64,000 bases of DNA from a virus. Position 1 is the stretch's first letter. Each line of letters starts with the position of its first letter. The notes beneath the pieces are model-generated. The model was given only the letters and a program-made list of their open reading frames with translations, made no database searches and was not told where the DNA came from. Location: positions 1 through 64,000 of IMG/VR virus record IMGVR_UViG_3300043397_000067; one strand, 5' to 3'. This document shows positions 57,444 to 64,000 of the stretch, in pieces. Both the position numbers and the translations under genes were made by a program.

Positions 57444-57725
57444 TTAGCTTACTGTTCCGGGTTCAATTAGGCCATTTTGCACAAGGTAGGCATAAACAGA
57501 GTATGATAAATCATCCCTGCGACTTAACCCATGGATGGGTTGTGAATCCAGTATAGCAGAAACTCCAGCCTCGTCTATCTGGAATGCCTGCTCACTAATA
57601 GCGTTAAATACTTCGTCCTCGCCAACATACCCAAATCTAACAGATACACTAGCCCTTCCATCAGGGTATAGCGTAAGAGGAAGCAGCTTTAACTGCTTTT
57701 TGTACACCCCGTAGGAAACAGGCAT
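57444..57725 (-). CDS. Hypothetical fibre-associated protein
   Basis: RBS GGAG; follows the 494-aa gene. Confidence 0.6.
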   Translation of the reverse strand: MPVSYGVYKKQLKLLPLTLYPDGRASVSVRFGYVGEDEVFNAISEQAFQIDEAGVSAILDSQPIHGLSRRDDLSYSVYAYLVQNGLIEPGTVS

Positions 57726-57728
57726 AGC

Positions 57729-59213
57729 TTACTCCCATCCGTATATAAACGTAATGTTATGTGCCACAGTACCAGCCGTTGGTGCTGCACCAACCTTCTT
57801 CTTGACGCACTGTACAAACTCACCGGGGTTGACGAACACTGGTGCATCGTCCAGATCAAGCCAGATATCCTGCAGCATTATAAGTGCAGCAGCACCCGAT
57901 GCTACCGACTGCACACCCATAGGGATACGCCTAGGGGCTTTAGTAGCAGTACCCTCGGCAGTAGCAAGTGATACTGCAGTGTGGCCGAAAGCAAGTGACC
58001 ATACAGCGTTATAACCGCCGCCAGTAAGTGCGGTCTGTATGAAGCTTTGAATCTTCACACCGCGTACTACAAGTCTTGCGCCACGGGCGTTAACAGTGGC
58101 AGCTGGCACTTGGAAAGACTGAATGATACCATCAGTAGTTACTGCCAGCGTATCGGTTTCCCAGAACTGACCACCAAGTCCAGAACCTAAGGCTGCAGTC
58201 GTGTTAGTTGGTACTGCTGCAGTCGGGTTAGCACTATTGGCAAAGCTAGCCAAGCTTCCTTGAGTAGCACCATCAAGTGCTTGGTAGCTGCCGTAAATAC
58301 GGTTGCCCATAGTAGACATTACCGTAGCAATGTTACTGCCGCCGAGTCGCACGCTGTAGCCGCTTTCTGACGCTTGCAATGCGCCACCAGAAGCTCCACC
58401 AGTAACCCGGTGTTGGAAGAACTTACGCAAGGACTGCGACATGCACATCCGGCCTTGACCTGCTGGCAGCGGAATGATACCCATCAGCACAGCACCAGTA
58501 CCATCATTCATCCAGAATGCTGCGTACACTCCGCCAATGTAGAGGATATACTGGTATCGCTTATTCAGCGTATACTGCCAAGGAGAAGCATTAGAGGAGG
58601 AAATCGGGAAGATACCAGTAGAGGTTTCCGCTCCGTTGTAGCTGGCAATACCCTGCAAGCCCGAGCTATTAAGCCGGAAAAACACACCATCAGTAGGTGC
58701 TGCCGCTGTAATGGTGGCGGTCTGGCCCCCAAACTCTACAAAGTTGTTCGTAGGGCAGTTAGCAGAAAAAGCTACTTCTTGGTCAAAAGACAGGGTATGC
58801 GTTCCAATAGCAGGAAACGATGCATAGGTCTGAATGCCTGAAAAAGAACCAGCAGCAGAGCCTGATACATTAGCACTATTACTGGTAAAGTTACCAGCAA
58901 CAAAGCCGTTAGCAAATGTGGTAGCAAGTGAGGTATGCTTACCTGTATACTGAGCAGCCGCAGAGTAGGAGTACTCGTCAAGTTGAATATCTTGGCTAAC
59001 CCGGCCACGATAATCAATATCAACTTCCATAGAAGCAAGCCGTGCTACACCTGTAATGACACCTTGGTCATTTTCAGAGAATGTCCTAGTAGCACCAACA
59101 TTAGCAGCATTAGCCCACGCATCCGTTTCGGTAACTACTTCAAGTGACCTGTAGGAGTTAACGTCTGCGCCAGTCCCAGATACTGCACCTACGATTGTGT
59201 TGTCCATTGACAT
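57729..59213 (-). CDS. Beta-rich putative receptor-binding/virion protein
   Basis: Gly/Thr/Ala beta-rich; TDGVFFR lectin-like segment; RBS TAAGGA. Confidence 0.6.
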   Translation of the reverse strand: MSMDNTIVGAVSGTGADVNSYRSLEVVTETDAWANAANVGATRTFSENDQGVITGVARLASMEVDIDYRGRVSQDIQLDEYSYSAAAQYTGKHTSLATTFANGFVAGNFTSNSANVSGSAAGSFSGIQTYASFPAIGTHTLSFDQEVAFSANCPTNNFVEFGGQTATITAAAPTDGVFFRLNSSGLQGIASYNGAETSTGIFPISSSNASPWQYTLNKRYQYILYIGGVYAAFWMNDGTGAVLMGIIPLPAGQGRMCMSQSLRKFFQHRVTGGASGGALQASESGYSVRLGGSNIATVMSTMGNRIYGSYQALDGATQGSLASFANSANPTAAVPTNTTAALGSGLGGQFWETDTLAVTTDGIIQSFQVPAATVNARGARLVVRGVKIQSFIQTALTGGGYNAVWSLAFGHTAVSLATAEGTATKAPRRIPMGVQSVASGAAALIMLQDIWLDLDDAPVFVNPGEFVQCVKKKVGAAPTAGTVAHNITFIYGWE

Positions 59214-59225
59214 AGTAGTTCCTTA

Positions 59226-59519
59226 TTAGTCTGCCCAAACCCAGCGCACCTTGTAGGTGCCTTGCAGTTTCTGTTGTGATGTTGCGTATATGGTAAAACC
59301 GGTAGCTGCTGTCGGTGTACCACAAGTCAAGCCGCAGAACACGTCAAAGTACCTGTGGTCCCTTGCAGTATGGTCAGCCGTGCTGTCATCACCCATTACC
59401 CAAGCCTCTGCCTTACTCGTAGCGCTTATAGTGCCCTGACCAGAAACGACGACCGTTGCTTCGTTAGAGCCGGGAAAGGCTCCGAAGTTAATAGTCGCTG
59501 TTCCGGTTCCAGTAGCCAT
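59226..59519 (-). CDS. Small beta-rich virion protein
   Basis: TAATG coupling; GFTIYA...GTYKVRW. Confidence 0.6.
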   Translation of the reverse strand: MATGTGTATINFGAFPGSNEATVVVSGQGTISATSKAEAWVMGDDSTADHTARDHRYFDVFCGLTCGTPTAATGFTIYATSQQKLQGTYKVRWVWAD

Positions 59520-59950
59520 TATGCGTTAATGTAGAGAGGTGTGGTGTACGTGATGCCGTAGTTACCGTTCGTGCTGGTAATGGTGCCGCCAAAGTCGACA
59601 AAGCTAATAAGCTTGTCGGTAGCTGCTGTACCGGTTGAAAGATAAATGATAGCGCCGACTGCCGAAATGCTAGCAGCAGTCCAGCCAGCCACAATATTCG
59701 ATGGGGTCACTGGAACTCTATTATTAGTGGTATCTACTGCACCCACCGTCATCGTCTGTGCAATACCACCAGTAGCGTAACCACCACCAGCGGCAACTTC
59801 GTTCGTCACATCAGAGCGGTTAACCCATGCGTCGATGTTACCAGCGCTTGGAACAGATGTTACGAGTAGTACCTTAAAAGTACCCGAAGCAAAGTTAACT
59901 CCAGCCCTAGCAAGGTGGTCTGCCAAGTTGGTAAAGTTCGATGATGCCAT
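59519..59950 (-). CDS. Virion structural protein (paralog of 59963..60355)
   Basis: FKVLL...NEV..GGYATGG...W....ISA.GAIIY...L..FVDFG...ST.G. Confidence 0.7.
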   Translation of the reverse strand: MASSNFTNLADHLARAGVNFASGTFKVLLVTSVPSAGNIDAWVNRSDVTNEVAAGGGYATGGIAQTMTVGAVDTTNNRVPVTPSNIVAGWTAASISAVGAIIYLSTGTAATDKLISFVDFGGTITSTNGNYGITYTTPLYINA

Positions 59951-59962
59951 GCTAAAGCTCCG

Positions 59963-60355
59963 TTATGCTTGTGGGAATTCCCACGTAATGAGTGCGGCAT
60001 TATCGCCTACACCCGCTGAAAACGTATCATTCACGGACTTTACTACTTCTCCAAAATCCTGAACGTACAACACAATGCCTGATTCTACGTGGTAAACAAC
60101 AGCGCTACGCGCCGCTATGTTTGAATTTTTCCACTGCGCGTTAATGTTTCCACCAAGGTCTATAGCGCCCTCTCTTTGCACTACTTCCATAGCGCCTACG
60201 GATTTACCGCCAGTAGCGTAACCAGTTGTAGCACCAGCGGCTACTTCTCCACTGGAGCTATAAACTTCTCCAGTGAACATATCAGAATACAGAGCAATCT
60301 TTAGCTCTGTATTTTGGTAATCTCCACTAATATACCCAGCAAGCAGCTTAATCAT
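59963..60355 (-). CDS. Virion structural protein (paralog of 59519..59950)
   Basis: LKIALY...GEV...GYATGG...W.N..IAAR.AVVY.....DFG...S. Confidence 0.7.
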   Translation of the reverse strand: MIKLLAGYISGDYQNTELKIALYSDMFTGEVYSSSGEVAAGATTGYATGGKSVGAMEVVQREGAIDLGGNINAQWKNSNIAARSAVVYHVESGIVLYVQDFGEVVKSVNDTFSAGVGDNAALITWEFPQA

Positions 60356-62094
60356 TGCACAGCCTCTGCCGTAGTGGTTCCATCAGCGTTCTTTGTAAGA
60401 ACCACTTTTCTGTTCACCGGCTGCTTACCCTGCTCAAGCACAAGGTTAAGCTCTATCGGCTGCATATCCACAGTAACTTGTACTGGCTTATTTGCAGAGC
60501 TTTGCATAGCAAAAGCCATATCCTGCACCGCTCTCATAGCACCCTCTGTTGCTTCTACCGCCCTGTCCGCGCTGGCGTGGGCACTGGACAGCATCTGCGC
60601 GGCAAGCTGCACATCGGATTCAGCCTTCACGGGGCCTTTGGGAGCCGCTGGAGCCTTTGGCTTCAGGGTCTGGCCCATTGCACTGGTGTTGGAGTCTGGA
60701 TTGCCTCCAGCCTGCCCAGCCGCGCCTTGACCTCGGAACATGGTGCCCGACTTTGGCGTGTAGCCGTCTGGTGGCAGGTTACCAGTCAGCGCTATACAAG
60801 CTTCTTCATCAGTCAAGAACCCAAGGCTTAGTAGGTCAAGGATGCGTGACTGCTCCATCGACTTATAAGCTTCAAGTTCTCGTGTCGGGCGTAGGTCAAT
60901 CGGCTCATACTCAAATTCTACATACGCATCTTGCCCCATGATGCGTACAGCAATAGTCATTGCACGGGAGTATATCTCATTGAGCTTAACCCGCAGCATA
61001 TTCGCTTGCTTAACATACAGCATAGCTTCCGTAGAGCTAGCGTTCGATGTAGAGGCTTGGCCAAGGATAACCGGCAAGGTCTTTGCACCGCTACTCAGTT
61101 TCCCGTTCAGCACCTTCTGTATGCGCTCAATAATAGCGCTTGGGTCTTGCCCACCGTCGATGTATTTATAGTCTACTTGGTCGTAGCTAACAAACGCATC
61201 TTCTGGTGCAGCACCGTTCACTACTGCTTGCACTTCCTGAATCAGTGCATTCTTGTACGCAGCGTACTTTTCAGGGTCGCCAAGGATATCAGGTGGCGTA
61301 AACTTCTTCACCGCTTCGCTATCAATAATAGCAGTCAAGCGCGGCAGCACAGCACGCTTCAAGGCTCTGCGTGTATCGTTGTTGAAGTCAATGTCTGCAA
61401 GGATAGGCTGTATAGCCGACTCCACGTATGAAGACGGGTACACCTCCGTTTGTAGCTGATCTACCGTAACATAAATAATGGTAGGCAAGTCCAGATCAAT
61501 GTCTTCGCCACCGATGCGCTGCTTAAGCTTGAAGCTGTTATCTTCTTCAAACATCACAAGTGTAGTAACACTGATTGGGTTAAGGCTAGCAGGAATCCTT
61601 GCCTTATCCAGCGCTACTTCCAAACAGCTAGCACCATCAAGAATCAACTCAAGGCCAAGCGCTTCGCTCAAGCTTTGCAAGCCCATCTGTGCGCCAAACG
61701 TACCATCTACGTTTCCAAGGTAGGTCATGCGGCGTAGCAACTCGTGTGCAAGCTTCGTAGCGTCTACGCTAATCTTGCCATCCATATCCCTTGCAGTCAG
61801 CTTAAACTTCTCGGGAATACCGGTACGCATCAAGAATGATACTGCGCTACTAAGGTCTGGGCTACTCTTGCTCAGCTCTCGCAGCACCTTCTGCGTATTA
61901 GACTGTGACCTTGCCGATACCAGTCTATCAGTATTAGCAAGGTTTCTATCAGTCTTTGGTGACGCACTTGTACGTACCGCAGTTTGTGTTCTATAGCCTG
62001 GCAGACCTTGAGGACCCTTAGGAGCCTTAGGTATAGGCATTGGAGGCAGCAATGCCGCCTCAAACTTATTCATCAGGGTGTCTAGGAGTTTCAT
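60352..62094 (-). CDS. Portal protein
   Basis: 580 aa directly after the terminase; LPVILG...SNASSTE...EFEYEPIDL. Confidence 0.8.
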   Translation of the reverse strand: MKLLDTLMNKFEAALLPPMPIPKAPKGPQGLPGYRTQTAVRTSASPKTDRNLANTDRLVSARSQSNTQKVLRELSKSSPDLSSAVSFLMRTGIPEKFKLTARDMDGKISVDATKLAHELLRRMTYLGNVDGTFGAQMGLQSLSEALGLELILDGASCLEVALDKARIPASLNPISVTTLVMFEEDNSFKLKQRIGGEDIDLDLPTIIYVTVDQLQTEVYPSSYVESAIQPILADIDFNNDTRRALKRAVLPRLTAIIDSEAVKKFTPPDILGDPEKYAAYKNALIQEVQAVVNGAAPEDAFVSYDQVDYKYIDGGQDPSAIIERIQKVLNGKLSSGAKTLPVILGQASTSNASSTEAMLYVKQANMLRVKLNEIYSRAMTIAVRIMGQDAYVEFEYEPIDLRPTRELEAYKSMEQSRILDLLSLGFLTDEEACIALTGNLPPDGYTPKSGTMFRGQGAAGQAGGNPDSNTSAMGQTLKPKAPAAPKGPVKAESDVQLAAQMLSSAHASADRAVEATEGAMRAVQDMAFAMQSSANKPVQVTVDMQPIELNLVLEQGKQPVNRKVVLTKNADGTTTAEAVQ

Positions 62095-62133
62095 GTGGTT
62101 ATCATCCGGTCGGTTGACCGGATGATAACTTCC

Positions 62134-63807
62134 TTACGAGTATTCCTTGGGCCTAAACGCTACCAAAAGTGGAGTTCTCCCCGGTTCCGTCCACCCACTT
62201 ACAGTGCCTAGCAGGGTAGTAGCAAGGAACATGTACATCAGTGAGAAGAAGTAGTGATCTTGCCCATCAGTCTTCTGCCAACTGAAAACAAGTTCATCAT
62301 TTTGGAATATCTTAGTGCGCTTCAAGCTCAAGTAGTGCTCTTGCAGCACACCATCATCTGCTCCCTTTGAGATAAATATCTTATTTTCCTTGAATATCTC
62401 AAGCAGCTTATCAAATGCAGCAGTACGGTTAATCTTTAGCAAGCGCAAGTTGAGCTTACCCTCTTCTGCATCCTCGTCTTTATCAGCCACAGTGTACATC
62501 TGCGGATTCTTGGATGTTGTAAACACTGCACCATAAGCATTAGTATCTACTTCGCAGACTGACATAATCTCAGAAACATAAGGTTGTACGTCATGAACTG
62601 AGATAACTACCCGGTATTGGCGTATAAGCTCAAGGCGTCTTTCCCTGAACTTTGATAGTGGCACCATCTCTCTATGCACTACAAGCAACAAGCCTTCGTT
62701 AGACAGCCTGCCGATAGTCACAGCGCACAGTAAGCCCATGTCAAAGCCCATGAAATGTATAGCACTGCTAGACAAATCCGCTTGTACAAGTGCCTTGCTT
62801 ATATCCGCTGCCGTCAACTGCTCATTAGTATCTTCGCTTGTCTCACCTAATACCTGATTTTGCCACTCTGCTCTTGTATTGAACTCCGTACTTGTTCGTA
62901 CCAAATACGCTGGCACAAGCAAGCGGCAAGCAGTGACCGGTGTAACGTAGTGCGTATGTGCTTCATAGTTATCATCTGGGTTTTCTACTACCCACTCAAG
63001 TTTTGTAGGGTCAAGTTGTGGGTCGCGCCTGCAAGCAGGGCACATCCAGTGGGCTTTTTGCCACTGATAGTCCTTGATGTTGTATTTCGTTAACCCTTTA
63101 AGGTCATCATAGTAGCCCGGAATCACAATATCTGTATGGTAACTTGGCAACCACTTATGGCCACAGCAGTTGCATATACCCATGTGGCGTATGCGCTTTG
63201 AAGTCTCTGCTTCCTTAGAAATTCCCACACCTTCTTGTGTAGGAGTACTAAACTGCCTGATAATCTGGTGCTTAGAGGCTTGCAAGCGGCTTCTGAACTG
63301 CTTCAAGGTGTCCGGGTCACATCGGTCTATCTCGTCGGCTACAAGGCAGTCTGCGCTGATAGACAAGGCTGCAGTTTCTGATCTAGTTCCGCGAATAAAC
63401 AAGAAATTGCCGTTGATTTCCTTTAACTCTGTAGAGTCTACATTGACGTTTAGCAAGCGCTTAAGGTCAGGACTACCGTAAAGTATGGGATTTACTTTGG
63501 TAATTGTCAGTTTTGTTGCATCATTGGTCGATGGCAAGGCATAAATAACGTTAAACTGTTTTTGTGTAGCAAGGGCAGATAGAAAGTAGCAGATTGTGCT
63601 GACAGTCAAGCCGATTTGTGCTGGTTTGACTGTGTTCGTTACGCGTGAATCGTCATTAAGAATGGCTCGCTGGAACTCATAACCACCCGTAAAAGACAGC
63701 TTTTTGCTCTCTAAAATGATGTGTTTTTCTGCATAACTTGCTAAATTGTGCAGGTGAAATACGTTATTTAGGCCGTCTTCTATGCGTTTATAGTGGTCAT
63801 TTAGCAC
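62134..63807 (-). CDS. terL: Terminase large subunit (lambda gpA-like)
   Basis: KPAQIGLT, VADEIDR, FSTPT, CxxC..CxxC, GFDMG, DHY; probable GTG start at 63807 after AGGA (track start 63822). Confidence 0.92.
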   Translation of the reverse strand: MLNDHYKRIEDGLNNVFHLHNLASYAEKHIILESKKLSFTGGYEFQRAILNDDSRVTNTVKPAQIGLTVSTICYFLSALATQKQFNVIYALPSTNDATKLTITKVNPILYGSPDLKRLLNVNVDSTELKEINGNFLFIRGTRSETAALSISADCLVADEIDRCDPDTLKQFRSRLQASKHQIIRQFSTPTQEGVGISKEAETSKRIRHMGICNCCGHKWLPSYHTDIVIPGYYDDLKGLTKYNIKDYQWQKAHWMCPACRRDPQLDPTKLEWVVENPDDNYEAHTHYVTPVTACRLLVPAYLVRTSTEFNTRAEWQNQVLGETSEDTNEQLTAADISKALVQADLSSSAIHFMGFDMGLLCAVTIGRLSNEGLLLVVHREMVPLSKFRERRLELIRQYRVVISVHDVQPYVSEIMSVCEVDTNAYGAVFTTSKNPQMYTVADKDEDAEEGKLNLRLLKINRTAAFDKLLEIFKENKIFISKGADDGVLQEHYLSLKRTKIFQNDELVFSWQKTDGQDHYFFSLMYMFLATTLLGTVSGWTEPGRTPLLVAFRPKEYS

Positions 63808-64000
63808 TTCCTGCCCTTTCAAGTGCTGCTTTATATGCTAACAAGAACTCTTCATGTATAGCTGCATGTGGCTTCAAGGTTTCTAGCAGTACATCTTCAA
63901 TGATTCTCAAGCGCCCAGCGTTGTATATATCCGTTTGCTGTTTAGTGATGCTAGCAAGGATAGAAGTAATGGTGTTTAGGGTCTGCGCTTTTTGGTTTAG
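63797..64000 (-). CDS. Probable terminase small subunit, 5'-truncated
   Basis: Open frame LNQKAQTLNTITSIL...ERAGSAK* overlapping the terL start; function from position only. Confidence 0.5.
   Translation of the reverse strand, partial: LNQKAQTLNTITSILASITKQQTDIYNAGRLRIIEDVLLETLKPHAAIHEEFLLAYKAALERAGSAK

Noticed and set aside
56565-57470. 301-aa + strand ORF
   Set aside because: Antisense shadow of the low-complexity stalk gene
1-64000. Genome-wide stop-codon reassignment suggested by the unusual tRNA-Trp
   Set aside because: Genes are intact in the standard code, and many end in TGA via ATGA overlaps or in TAG
1-64000. CRISPR array, integrase/att site, introns or inteins
   Set aside because: No repeat-spacer array or recombinase motifs; polymerase, helicases, ThyA, RtcB and terminase are uninterrupted

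Overview
The window is most of a tailed dsDNA bacteriophage genome, truncated at both ends, with no integrase or repressor visible. It is siphovirus-like: tail tube, frameshifted tail chaperones, a 2231-aa tape measure and no sheath. A proteobacterial, probably betaproteobacterial, host is inferred from gene content only. The left arm (1-30081, + strand) holds early small ORFs, an M28-like peptidase, a structured non-coding block with tRNA-Trp, RtcB, an ATP-dependent ligase, an SNF2 helicase, a primase-helicase, a putative SSB, a tRNA-CAT, dNTP-pool enzymes, a full-length Pol I-type polymerase, ThyA, a RecU-like resolvase and SbcD/SbcC. The right arm (30106-64000, - strand) holds lysis, tail fibre, tail, head and terminase genes. 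It also carries an antisense homing-endonuclease-like gene and a 7-gene fibre-like module between portal and protease. Three unexplained signals stand out. (1) About 100-200 bp TpA-depleted, GC-rich windows with ~10-11 bp phasing recur every ~2-3.4 kb inside coding sequence. (2) A ~530 nt structured RNA block near rtcB contains a tRNA-shaped element and a tRNA-Trp(CCA) with a 4-bp anticodon stem. (3) CCWGG is strongly depleted, with an apparent excess of its deamination products. All calls were made by eye from motifs; no database searches were run.
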